From Roseibacillus sp. (GTDB lineage Bacteria > Verrucomicrobiota > Verrucomicrobiia > Verrucomicrobiales > Akkermansiaceae): 64,000 nt of DNA. Below are positions 46,460 to 55,978 of this stretch, piece after piece. Under the pieces are notes generated by a model, which saw only the letters and a program-made list of their open reading frames with translations, was not told where the DNA came from and did no database searches. The stretch lies in assembly GCA_051251855.1 (NCBI GenBank), contig JBPOGI010000001.1, positions 64,001 to 128,000 of the forward strand. Reading direction: 5' to 3'. Made by a program: the position numbers and the translations under genes. The stretch's first letter is position 1; each line of letters opens with the position of its first letter.

Positions 46460-46587
46460 GCTTGAGAACGTGGAACCGCTCAGCCCGTATGCCATTGTCG
46501 GCTCAACAGCAGCCTGATTCTGAAAGTCATTTTAGTGACTTATTATAGTTAAAAATAGTTTCGACCAGACTTCACAATCCATTTGCA

Positions 46588-48561
46588 ATGAATAAGAAAT
46601 ATCTTTTTCGGTTCGCCGCCGTTTTCGTGCTGACTCTTTTAGCAGTGGCCCTTGATAGAGTCCTTCAAGTGTCTCCAGTAATGACTTCACAGAGTGCACG
46701 GCGTTTTTCTGTAGGAGAGACTGTGGGCATTGCGGCGACTGTCAGTATTGCATTTGTAATTCTACGGTTACTATCAATTCCGCTACTAAGAGGAAGAAAA
46801 TCAGGTCTGAATAGAGTCTGTAGCGAAGTTCTGGTTGTTGTGGCTAGTTTGCTTTTTACTGCGATTTTTCTTTTTTACACTGCGTTGCTCCCGATGGATC
46901 CTAATGTCTTTGTCGTAGGTGTTCTCTTAACTCCTTTGGTAGGGCTTCTTGAACTCGTCCAAGAGAAGAGAGAAGAGCGGTGGAAGCTGAGTTTTAAGGC
47001 TAGAGATCTGTCGACTGTTCTATTTTTTGTACTGTTACCTGCAATTTTTGGAGGGGTGCTTTTGGTCTCAGCTAAGAGATACAAGAAGGATCCAAACTTC
47101 ATGGAAGCGGTGAATCGATTCCAAGGCTTTTTTCAATTCAATGATGGTGCCTATGTTCTTGAGCGAATATTCAAGAGCGAGTTTGTTCAAAGCATCGATT
47201 TCGACCAAGATAAGATCGGAAATTACTATGTGCTGGAGCGAGCAGGAAGGGTGTATCGTGTAGAAACCCCTGAGTCAGAGCCTGAGTTGCTTGTCGATTT
47301 TAGACAGCTTGTGGGAAAAAGGCCCGTGTCAGAGTATGGGGCTTACAGCATTTTGCTGAGCAAGAATGGGACGAGTTTTTTCGTTTGGACTACTTCGCGT
47401 CGCCCAGAAGAGAATTTTAATGTTCTTTGGGAGTTTCCTCTGGCGGCCTCTTCAACTCAAGATCGTTTGGAAAAGAGAAGGACGGTTCTGAGGATCGAAA
47501 GTGAAAACTCGGTTCACAACAGTGGTGCGCTTGTCTATGATGATGAAGGCTATTTGATGATTGGAATTGGGGAAATGGGAAGTGATGATGCGCCTCAATC
47601 ACCAATTTCTACCCTTTTCGGAACAATTCTCCGAATTGATCCAGACAAGATAGGTGGCGATTTTTCGCGTCTTCCAGCGAAGAATCTCTCATCTACGATC
47701 CAACGGGATTATTTCGTTCCGCATCAGCAGCCTATTTTGCGAAGCGATCTAGCTGAAGAGGTCTGGGCATACGGGCTTCGCAATCCTTTTCGAATTCATT
47801 GGGACTCAGAAAGAGGCGGCTTGTGGATTAGCGATATTGGGCTTTGGAATTGGGAGGAGCTGAACTTTGCAAAAGGAGGGGAAAACTTTGGGTGGCCGAT
47901 ATGGGAAGCGGAAGAGCCTCATAAGGCAGAAGAAGGTGACAAAGAAGTTGAGGTTGTCTTCCCACATTTTGCGTATCCGCACAGCGCGCGAGACCGCGCG
48001 ATCGCAGGAGGTTTTGTTTATCAAGGAAAAGAGAAGAGCCTCAAAGGTAAGTTGTTAGTGGGTGATAATTGCTCTGGTCGCATTTGGACGCTGACGGAGA
48101 CAAATGGCGAGCTCGGTCTTCTAGCGACTGCCGAGAACTTTAATCAGACGGGAATGACAGCGATGAAGACGAACCTTGAAGGTGAACTGGTGGTAATGAT
48201 CATGGGCAGTTGGGACAAGCCCTCGGGTAATCTTTTTCGATTGGTTCCTTCGAAAGGGAAGCCATCCGTAGTCGAGGAACCTGCCAAAAAGCAGGGTGCA
48301 GCAGAGCTCTATGCTACCCACTGCGCACTATGTCATGGTAGCGCTGGCAACGGAAAGGGAATGGTGGCATTGGAGTCGAATATCCCGATGCCTGATTTCA
48401 CGAGTCGAGAATGGAAAGAAAGGAATCCTGAGGAGATGAAGGCAATAATACGACAGGGCGGTGCTGCTTTGGGCAAGAATGCGATTATGCCTGCATGGAA
48501 TGAGGTGCTTTCTGAGCAACAAATAGATGAAATAGTTCTTTATCTCTATGGTTTGGAGTAG
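46588..48561 (+). CDS. Membrane-anchored PQQ-dependent (glucose/sorbosone-type) dehydrogenase with C-terminal cytochrome c
   Basis: About five N-terminal TM helices; beta-propeller motifs HNSG, GTILRID, WAYGLRNPFR, GENFGWP; heme motif CALCH and distal MPAW. Confidence 0.8.
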   Translation: MNKKYLFRFAAVFVLTLLAVALDRVLQVSPVMTSQSARRFSVGETVGIAATVSIAFVILRLLSIPLLRGRKSGLNRVCSEVLVVVASLLFTAIFLFYTALLPMDPNVFVVGVLLTPLVGLLELVQEKREERWKLSFKARDLSTVLFFVLLPAIFGGVLLVSAKRYKKDPNFMEAVNRFQGFFQFNDGAYVLERIFKSEFVQSIDFDQDKIGNYYVLERAGRVYRVETPESEPELLVDFRQLVGKRPVSEYGAYSILLSKNGTSFFVWTTSRRPEENFNVLWEFPLAASSTQDRLEKRRTVLRIESENSVHNSGALVYDDEGYLMIGIGEMGSDDAPQSPISTLFGTILRIDPDKIGGDFSRLPAKNLSSTIQRDYFVPHQQPILRSDLAEEVWAYGLRNPFRIHWDSERGGLWISDIGLWNWEELNFAKGGENFGWPIWEAEEPHKAEEGDKEVEVVFPHFAYPHSARDRAIAGGFVYQGKEKSLKGKLLVGDNCSGRIWTLTETNGELGLLATAENFNQTGMTAMKTNLEGELVVMIMGSWDKPSGNLFRLVPSKGKPSVVEEPAKKQGAAELYATHCALCHGSAGNGKGMVALESNIPMPDFTSREWKERNPEEMKAIIRQGGAALGKNAIMPAWNEVLSEQQIDEIVLYLYGLE

Positions 48562-48701
48562 GTGTTGCAACGGGCCATTATTTTGTAATAATGAACATTT
48601 TAGTCACCAAGAATTAGGTTCTATGCGAGTTGAAAGTGGATGTTTCCTGATGCTCTGGGTAAATATTGAGCAAGCCGTACGATGTCTAAGCTAGAGCAGA
48701 A

Positions 48702-50108
48702 ATGAATTTTGCTTCCTATCAGTTTTGGTTTTTCTTTTTTGTTTTATTTGCCCTCTTGGTGGTAATAAAAAGATTATTTCCTTTTGCTCATTCTGGTGTT
48801 TTTGACCGTTCTTATCTTCTCGGGACGAGCTTACTATTGTTCGGAATCGAGAGTCCTAAGAGTTTATTCATCTTTTGCATAATCAGCTTGTGGATTTTCC
48901 TTGGTTTAAAGGTAGTCCAGCAAGGCCAGAGCCAGTCGAAGGAGTCGAGATGGGTAGTTTTAGTTTTTTCGATCGGAGCAGTGTTACCCCTGCTGTATTT
49001 TAAGTATGGAAATTTCTTGATTGATATCGCAGGTAATCAGTCATTAGCCTCCTCGATTTTGATTCCAGTAGGAATTTCATTTTACACTTTTCAGTTGATT
49101 GGGCTTCTCGTCGATTCGGCACGGAAGCCTCTGACGTCCAATCCAAGCGTTCTTTCTCTTCTTAACTTCGCTTCCTTCTTTCCTCAGATTGTAGCGGGAC
49201 CCATTGAGCGAAGAGATTCTCTGCTTCCCCAACTTGAATCTTTTAAGTTTCAATTTTCGCTCTCGAATCTAAATTCTGGTTTGTCTTATGTTATCATTGG
49301 ACTCTTCTACAAACTCGTTTTAGCAGACAACCTTGCTGAAGCCAGTAGCTGGATTACTAAACCGTTAAGTTCTGCTGTTTTAATTCATTTAGGCAATCTT
49401 CTTTTCGGTTTGCGAATTTATTTTGACTTCTGTGGCTACAGTCTCATCGCTGTTGGTTTAGGGATTCTCTTGGGAGTCAATTTAACTCTAAACTTTGAGG
49501 CTCCATATATTAGCCGAAGTATCCGAGAGTTTTGGCGCCGTTGGCATATTACTCTCAGTAATTGGTTTCGTGATTATATCTACATCCCACTAGGAGGAAA
49601 TAAGGCTCGTTCGCCAATCGCTTTAGTTTTATTTGTCTTTTTACTTTCAGGAATTTGGCACGGAGCAGGTTGGAATTTTGTCGCTTGGGGTGCGTTGCAC
49701 GGAATATTAATCGGAATTCAGACTTTTTATAATAAGCGTTTCAGATTGAGTCCGTTTATTTCGTGGGGAATTACTATGAGCAGCGTATGTTTGAGTTGGC
49801 TATTCTTTTACCAGCAAGATTCTGAGATTCTCCTAAAAAAGTTGCAAACCATAGTCTTGCCATCTGCCTATCTCAATAATCATCTGAAACCGCTTCTAAA
49901 TTATGTTGTGGGCTATGGCGGGTTGGCTCATCTAAGCGTTTTTCTCGCTCTTGCTTTGTTAGTTATCTTGGTGGAGTGGGGGAGCCTAAAGCGTTCTTTT
50001 AGTCCCTACGCTTGGTTTAGTCGAAACTGGGTTTTGGCGCTTTTGGTTTTAGCTATTATCTGGTTGGCTCCAGTTTCAAACAATGGGTTTGTTTACTTCA
50101 ATTTTTAA
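48702..50108 (+). CDS. MBOAT family O-acyltransferase (AlgI/PatA/DltB-like)
   Basis: PVGISFYTFQ, FFPQIVAGPIER, IYFDFCGYS, NF..PY, FWRRWHITLSNWFRDYIYIPLGG, SGIWHGA, FVYFNF. Confidence 0.93.
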   Translation: MNFASYQFWFFFFVLFALLVVIKRLFPFAHSGVFDRSYLLGTSLLLFGIESPKSLFIFCIISLWIFLGLKVVQQGQSQSKESRWVVLVFSIGAVLPLLYFKYGNFLIDIAGNQSLASSILIPVGISFYTFQLIGLLVDSARKPLTSNPSVLSLLNFASFFPQIVAGPIERRDSLLPQLESFKFQFSLSNLNSGLSYVIIGLFYKLVLADNLAEASSWITKPLSSAVLIHLGNLLFGLRIYFDFCGYSLIAVGLGILLGVNLTLNFEAPYISRSIREFWRRWHITLSNWFRDYIYIPLGGNKARSPIALVLFVFLLSGIWHGAGWNFVAWGALHGILIGIQTFYNKRFRLSPFISWGITMSSVCLSWLFFYQQDSEILLKKLQTIVLPSAYLNNHLKPLLNYVVGYGGLAHLSVFLALALLVILVEWGSLKRSFSPYAWFSRNWVLALLVLAIIWLAPVSNNGFVYFNF

Positions 50109-51072
50109 TTCGAAGTGGCGAAGGTTTTTACTCCTCACGGTAGTTCTCGTGTTTGGACTAGGGACTTCTTTTTGCTACCAAACGAGGGTATCCCCAGAGG
50201 TTAAATTTTGGGCGAAAGCTGTGGATTCACAGTTCAAGCATTTGGAAGTTCTTAATTCTGAACATCCGAAAGTGGTTTTTGTAGGCGGCTCAAGTTGTGC
50301 CTTTTCGATTAACGTAGAGGCCTTAAGAGAAGAGTTTCAGATTCAGGCTCTCAACTGTGGTCTTCCTGCGGGGGCGGGGCGAGACCTTCAATTGGACTTG
50401 GGTATTTCGACTCTTAATAGAGGAGATATTTTAGTTTTAGCGTTTGAGACAAGTGCATGGGGGAATAACGACTTCTCTTTTGCCACTCCCTTAGGCTCAC
50501 AACTTTGGTTTTCTGCAGTAAAACCTCATGTTAGAGAGAGTTGCTTGTGGAGAATAGGTCGCGAACCTCAGTATCGTCATCGAGACCTCCGAGTTGGCGG
50601 GAAGCATGCCGTGACGATGGGGCTAAAAGCTGCGCTGGGGCGTCCTCTCTATCGATACTCTTCTGAAGGAATTAATCCTGGTGGTTATCTTTCTACTTCT
50701 TATCGCGATGGCGCCTTTGGCCCTAGCTCCGCTCTGAATCGAAATGATCTTTCGAGTCCGATGAAGGAGTTTTTGGTGAAAACTCAGCGCGAACTGGCAA
50801 AGCGTGATGTTGTGGTAGTCGTCACCTTTCCTTGGTTTTTCATGACACCAGAGGTTGCAACAGGGCAACGGGCAGAATGGCAAGCATTAGCCGAAGAAAT
50901 TTCCAAACTTGTGCCGGTTCTCTATGATCCCAACTTCGGTGTTTCGACTGACATTGAGGATTTTGCAGACACGGCTTGGCATTTGAGTGAGAAGGGTGCC
51001 TTGAAGCGAACTTCGGTAATCGGAAAGACTCTCAAAAGCGACTTCGAGGATAGACTCTCAGAAGAAAAGTAA
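50083..51072 (+). CDS. Extracytoplasmic SGNH-like acyltransferase partner (AlgJ/DltD-like)
   Basis: Single N-terminal TM, VFVGGSS, NCGL..G, FADT..HL...G; overlaps the MBOAT gene end. Confidence 0.7.
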   Translation: MGLFTSIFNSKWRRFLLLTVVLVFGLGTSFCYQTRVSPEVKFWAKAVDSQFKHLEVLNSEHPKVVFVGGSSCAFSINVEALREEFQIQALNCGLPAGAGRDLQLDLGISTLNRGDILVLAFETSAWGNNDFSFATPLGSQLWFSAVKPHVRESCLWRIGREPQYRHRDLRVGGKHAVTMGLKAALGRPLYRYSSEGINPGGYLSTSYRDGAFGPSSALNRNDLSSPMKEFLVKTQRELAKRDVVVVVTFPWFFMTPEVATGQRAEWQALAEEISKLVPVLYDPNFGVSTDIEDFADTAWHLSEKGALKRTSVIGKTLKSDFEDRLSEEK

Positions 51073-51080
51073 TATTTAGC

Positions 51081-51851
51081 ATGAAAGCGGTAATTTTAGC
51101 AGGAGGATTAGGGACACGACTAAGCGAAGAGACAGCGCTTAAGCCCAAGCCCATGGTGGAAATCGGTGGTCGCCCTATTTTGTGGCATCTACTCAAGATT
51201 TACAGTAGTCATGGAATCAATGATTTTGTGATTTGTGCTGGTTATAAAGGCTACGTAATTAAAGAATACTTCGCCAATTACTTCCTCCATATGTCGGACG
51301 TGACCTTCGACATGTGTGACAATGAAATGATTGTTCACCGGAAGCATGCCGAGCCTTGGAAGATCACCATTATTGATACCGGTGCGGATACCATGACTGG
51401 TGGGCGAATTAAGCGAGTGAGAGACTACATCGGAGACGAAACCTTTTGCTGCACCTATGGTGATGGGGTGGGTGATATTGACATTAAGTCCCTGATTGAG
51501 ACTCATCAGGAGGCAGGCCGGGAGGCGACTTTGACAGGTGTTCAGCCTCCAGGGCGGTTTGGTTCACTCCTGATTGATGGGGATTCCGTGAGAGCTTTTC
51601 AAGAGAAGCCTGAAGGCGATGGTGGCTGGATTAATGGAGGATTCTTTGTTTTGGAGCCCAGTGTGTTCGATAGAATCGAGGGTGATTCTACAATTTGGGA
51701 GCGGGCCCCACTCGAGGGTCTTGCTTCTGATGGAGAACTCACGATTTTTTCTCATGGAGGCTTTTGGCAGCCGATGGATACTTTGAGGGACAAAGTTCAG
51801 TTAGAGGAAATGTGGGATTCCGGTCAGGCGCCATGGAAGACTTGGGACTGA
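51081..51851 (+). CDS. rfbF: Glucose-1-phosphate cytidylyltransferase
   Basis: AVILAGGLGTRLSEET..KPKPMVEIG, TMTGGR, TYGDG, WINGGFF, FWQPMDTLRDK, APWK. Confidence 0.96.
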   Translation: MKAVILAGGLGTRLSEETALKPKPMVEIGGRPILWHLLKIYSSHGINDFVICAGYKGYVIKEYFANYFLHMSDVTFDMCDNEMIVHRKHAEPWKITIIDTGADTMTGGRIKRVRDYIGDETFCCTYGDGVGDIDIKSLIETHQEAGREATLTGVQPPGRFGSLLIDGDSVRAFQEKPEGDGGWINGGFFVLEPSVFDRIEGDSTIWERAPLEGLASDGELTIFSHGGFWQPMDTLRDKVQLEEMWDSGQAPWKTWD

Positions 51852-51902
51852 CTCGTCTAAGAAAGAAATCCTAGCTCTTAAGTTCGAAAGGAATCGTCTA
51901 TC

Positions 51903-53018
51903 GTGTTTGCAAATTCTTTTAACGATAAAAAAGTTCTCGTGACCGGTCATACTGGTTTCAAGGGGAGCTGGCTGTGTGAATGGCTTCTTCAACTTGGAGC
52001 GGAAGTGACCGGGTATGCCTTGGATCCTCTCAATTCGGGGGACCTGTATAACGAGCTTGAGCTTTCAAGCCGTATCGCAACTGATGTGCGCGCAGATTTA
52101 TCCGATCGCGATGGCCTTGTGTCCTTGATTTCAGAGTTGAAGCCAGACTTCGTCTTTCATTTAGCAGCTCAACCACTCGTTCGCCTCTCTTATTCGACAC
52201 CAGTAGAGACTTTTCAGACAAATGTATTGGGCAGCATCCATTTGCTTGATGCGCTGAGAATTTCAAAACATGAGTGCGCTTGCGTGATGGTGACGACTGA
52301 CAAGTGCTATCAAAACCGGGAATGGTTGAGTAGCTACCGAGAAGAAGATGCCATGGGTGGGCACGATCCATACAGTGCGAGTAAAGGTGCCGCTGAAATC
52401 GCGATATCCTCGTATCGGTCCTCATTTTTCTCAGAGGATTCGAGTCCTGTGAAGGTGGCCTCCGGTCGCGCTGGTAATGTGCTGGGAGGAGGAGATTGGG
52501 CCGAAGATCGGATTGTCCCTGACTGCATTCGCTCGATTCAGCAAGGAGAAGCGATTACGGTGAGAAATAAGACTGCCACGAGACCTTGGCAACATGTTCT
52601 GGAGCCGCTATCGGGCTATCTGTGGTTAGGCGCTGTTTTGGCAAATCCAACTTTGGCAGGTTACTCGGATAGCCGTTCGTTTACAGGTGGCTTCAATTTT
52701 GGACCTGCTCTTTCTTCGAATCGTACCGTCGCCGAGTTGGTCGAAGAGATATTGAAGCATATCGATGGCAAGTGGATTGATGCGGCAGATTCCAATGCGC
52801 TCCATGAGGCTTCGAAGCTCAATCTAGCAATTGATAAAGCGTTTCATCTCCTCCAGTGGTCACCAGTTTGGGATTTCAAGGAGACGATGAAGACGACGGC
52901 AGCTTGGTATCATGAGGTGAAGTCTTCGCAGGACGCACAACAACACACCAGAGCCGACATCGAGCGATACACGAACAAAGCCTCTCAAGACGGAATTTTA
53001 TGGGCCCAGAATTCCTAG
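51903..53018 (+). CDS. rfbG: CDP-glucose 4,6-dehydratase
   Basis: VTGHTGFKGSWL, HLAAQPLVR.SY, TTDKCY, DPYSASK, RAGNV.GGGDW..DR, RPWQHVLEPL.GY. Confidence 0.96.
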   Translation: MFANSFNDKKVLVTGHTGFKGSWLCEWLLQLGAEVTGYALDPLNSGDLYNELELSSRIATDVRADLSDRDGLVSLISELKPDFVFHLAAQPLVRLSYSTPVETFQTNVLGSIHLLDALRISKHECACVMVTTDKCYQNREWLSSYREEDAMGGHDPYSASKGAAEIAISSYRSSFFSEDSSPVKVASGRAGNVLGGGDWAEDRIVPDCIRSIQQGEAITVRNKTATRPWQHVLEPLSGYLWLGAVLANPTLAGYSDSRSFTGGFNFGPALSSNRTVAELVEEILKHIDGKWIDAADSNALHEASKLNLAIDKAFHLLQWSPVWDFKETMKTTAAWYHEVKSSQDAQQHTRADIERYTNKASQDGILWAQNS

Positions 53019-53045
53019 CGAACTGAACACTGAAAGATTTACCCA

Positions 53046-54584
53046 ATGATAGCAGAAGAAATTAAAGCCGAGATCCTGCGGCTCACTCGTGAATATAGTC
53101 GATTAACCCACAGTAATAATCGACCAGGAGACGATGGAGATCATGCCCCTTTTACTCCGGGGGAATCGACTGTTCCTTATGCCGGTCGAGTCTTTACCGA
53201 AGATGAGGTCGAGGCCGCGGTAGGGACTACTTTGGACTTTTGGCTCACTTTAGGAGTGGAGGGGGAGGCCATGCAAAAGGAGTTGGCCGAATTTCTTGGT
53301 GTGAAGCACGCCCTGTTAGTGAACTCTGGTTCTTCAGCCAACCTTGTCGCCATCAGTGCCCTGACGACTCACAAGCTTCCTGATGAACGTCGGATTCAGC
53401 ATGGAGACGAGGTCATTACTGTGGCAGCAGGCTTTCCGACTACGGTTTCTCCCATTATTCAGGTGGGAGCTGTTCCTGTCTTTATCGACGCGAATACTTT
53501 TACCGGTAATGCTCGCTGTGAGCAGCTCGAAGCCGCTTACGTGCCAGGGAAGACAAAGGCCGTGATGATGGCGCACGCTCTTGGCAATCCCTTTGATTTG
53601 GGGGCGGTTGTCGAATTTTGTTCTAAGAACAATCTCTGGTTAATTGAGGACAACTGCGACGCCTTAGGTTGCACCTATTCCTTGCCAGTTGAGAGAGCAA
53701 CCCGGCTGGGGCTTCTTCATCTGATTAAGTTGGCTGAAAAAGAAGATCGGACGGAGGAATATCCTAAGATCGAGAATGGAATATTGACGGCCTATACGGG
53801 AACATTCGGGGATATTTCGACCCAGTCATTCTATCCTCCTCATCACCTCACGATGGGGGAAGGGGGATCGGTGAATATCATTCGACGAGCACCTCTCAAA
53901 ACTTATGCTGAGAGTTTCCGCGATTGGGGCCGAGATTGTTGGTGTGCTTCAGGACAGGATGATACTTGCGGCAAGCGCTTCCAGTGGCAATTGGGAGAGT
54001 TACCCGAAGGCTACGATCACAAATACATCTATAGCCATCTTGGCTTCAACGTGAAGCCGCTGGACCCACAGGCTGCGATTGGAAGGGTTCAAATGAAGCG
54101 TCTTCCGGCCTTCATCCAAGCTCGTAAGGACAACTGGCAGGCCTTGCGTCTTGGACTCGAGAGCCTCGAGAAATATATCGATTTTGCGCTCCCGACCCAT
54201 GCCACAAAATGGAATCGTGACGGTTCCTTCGAATGGGATGATACGGGCTGTCGCACTGATTGTTCGTGGTTTGGTTTTAAGATCACAATCAAGGAAGATG
54301 CTCCCTTTACCCGAACGGAGCTTGCGGCTCATCTCGATACCAAGAAGATCGGTAATCGTATGCTCTTTGGTGGCAATCTCGTCCGTCAGCCCGCCTTTGT
54401 GCAGCTTCGCCATGATAGACCAGAAGCCATGCGGATTGTAGGGGCTCTCCCTGGCGCGGACCGAATCATGAATCAAACAATGTTCCTCGGAACCTACCCT
54501 GGACTTACTCCAGAAATGGTGGCCTACATGGTTCAAGTGATTCTTGAGTTTGCTGCCGCAGCTGAGGACAACCAAAAAGCTTAA
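53046..54584 (+). CDS. rfbH: CDP-4-keto-6-deoxy-D-glucose 3-dehydrase (E1; RfbH/DdhC)
   Basis: NSGSSANL, AAGFPTT, EDNCDALG, SFYPPHH (His in place of the Schiff-base Lys), RDCWC...DDTC...GYDHKY Fe-S motif; two insertions. Confidence 0.93.
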   Translation: MIAEEIKAEILRLTREYSRLTHSNNRPGDDGDHAPFTPGESTVPYAGRVFTEDEVEAAVGTTLDFWLTLGVEGEAMQKELAEFLGVKHALLVNSGSSANLVAISALTTHKLPDERRIQHGDEVITVAAGFPTTVSPIIQVGAVPVFIDANTFTGNARCEQLEAAYVPGKTKAVMMAHALGNPFDLGAVVEFCSKNNLWLIEDNCDALGCTYSLPVERATRLGLLHLIKLAEKEDRTEEYPKIENGILTAYTGTFGDISTQSFYPPHHLTMGEGGSVNIIRRAPLKTYAESFRDWGRDCWCASGQDDTCGKRFQWQLGELPEGYDHKYIYSHLGFNVKPLDPQAAIGRVQMKRLPAFIQARKDNWQALRLGLESLEKYIDFALPTHATKWNRDGSFEWDDTGCRTDCSWFGFKITIKEDAPFTRTELAAHLDTKKIGNRMLFGGNLVRQPAFVQLRHDRPEAMRIVGALPGADRIMNQTMFLGTYPGLTPEMVAYMVQVILEFAAAAEDNQKA

Positions 54585-54593
54585 CTTTCAAAG

Positions 54594-55145
54594 ATGCAGC
54601 TCATTGACGAACCCCTTGCGGGAGTGAAAATTCTACGCCCTTTCGTCTTCGAAGATGAGCGGGGGAATTTCGTGAAGCCGTTCCATGAGGGACAGCTTGC
54701 GGAGCATGGGATTCAACTTGAAGTAAAAGAGGAGTTCTTTTCAACCTCCGAAGCCAATGTTCTTCGTGGGATGCACTTTCAGCTTCCTCCCCACCAACAC
54801 AGTAAGTTGGTCTACTGTCTGACAGGCAAAGTTTGGGATGTTGTCGTGGACCTGCGAAAGGGATCTGCGACATATGGCAAAGCGATGGGCTTTGAGCTTT
54901 CTGCCGCGAATCGGCACTGCGTCTATATTCCGGCTGGCTTCGGACATGGTTTCTTGAGTCAGGAGCCTGGCTCTTGCCTCATTTATAAGACCGATGCCGT
55001 TCATGATCCCGCTGCCGATGCAGGTTTGGCTTGGGAGAGTATTGATTACGAGTGGCCGCTGTTCGACCTTCCACCAGTAGTAAGTGCTCGGGATTCTGCT
55101 CATCCTTCCATTTCGGATTTTGACTCTCCTTTTTCTATCAAGTGA
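54594..55145 (+). CDS. RmlC-family cupin NDP-sugar (3,)5-epimerase
   Basis: DERG.F, VLRGMHFQ, KLV.C..G...DVVVDLR..S.TYG, YIPAGFGHGF. Confidence 0.9.
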   Translation: MQLIDEPLAGVKILRPFVFEDERGNFVKPFHEGQLAEHGIQLEVKEEFFSTSEANVLRGMHFQLPPHQHSKLVYCLTGKVWDVVVDLRKGSATYGKAMGFELSAANRHCVYIPAGFGHGFLSQEPGSCLIYKTDAVHDPAADAGLAWESIDYEWPLFDLPPVVSARDSAHPSISDFDSPFSIK

Positions 55146-55975
55146 AAATTTTCGTCACAGGAGCCACTGGATTTATCGGCTCACATTTTTTGAACCAAGC
55201 ACATAAGGCGGGGCACGAGCTCGTTGCGTTGAGGCGGAGTGAGAATTCTGTCCCTAAGGTGGCGGTGCCTGAAGAGGTGGTTTGGTTGACCAAGGAGATG
55301 GACAAGCTCACAGCAAGTGATTTCGAATCGATTGATGTTCTTGTGCATTTGGCTTCTCCCGGAGTGAGTCCTCAAAGAGCGAGCTTGGATGAGTTGTTCT
55401 ATTGGAATGTTAGTATCCTGGGGAGTATCCTACTAGCCGCGACCGAGGCCAATGTTCGACGGTTCGTTGTTGCCGGCACATTTGCGGAGTATGGACGAAG
55501 TGCGGATCGCTTTGATCCCATTCCACCGGACGCGCCCTTGTTGCCTACCTACGATTACGCAGCCTCCAAGGCCGCCGCTTTTCAGCTCGCTCACGCTTTA
55601 GCCATATCTCGCGATTTTGAATTGGTCTACTTGAGAATCTTCTCAGCATTTGGCGAAGGCCAGCATCCTCAGAATTTTTGGCCAGCCTTGATGGCTGCGG
55701 CACAGAGCGGTGAGGATTTTGAGATGACTCCGGGGGAGCAGATTCGGGACTATTTACCGGTAGAGGAGGTTGCTCAGCAGTTTCTTTCATGGAGCACTAC
55801 TGAACCCGTTCTCAAAGGTTTCCCGGCGGTTAAAAATGTGGGGAGTGGTAAGCCGGTTTCGATGAGGGAGTTTGCCGAACACTGGTGGGAGAAGGCCGAG
55901 GCAAAAGGTTCCCTCAAGGTTGGCGCTCTCCCATACCGCGAAAATGAGGTGATGCGATTTGTCCCTCAGATTTAA
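55142..55975 (+). CDS. NAD(P)-dependent SDR, probable CDP-dideoxy-keto-sugar 4-reductase
   Basis: VTGATGFIG, GT.AEYG, YAASK, GEQIRDY; GTGA-coupled to the epimerase. Confidence 0.75.
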   Translation: MKIFVTGATGFIGSHFLNQAHKAGHELVALRRSENSVPKVAVPEEVVWLTKEMDKLTASDFESIDVLVHLASPGVSPQRASLDELFYWNVSILGSILLAATEANVRRFVVAGTFAEYGRSADRFDPIPPDAPLLPTYDYAASKAAAFQLAHALAISRDFELVYLRIFSAFGEGQHPQNFWPALMAAAQSGEDFEMTPGEQIRDYLPVEEVAQQFLSWSTTEPVLKGFPAVKNVGSGKPVSMREFAEHWWEKAEAKGSLKVGALPYRENEVMRFVPQI

Positions 55976-55978
55976 GAA

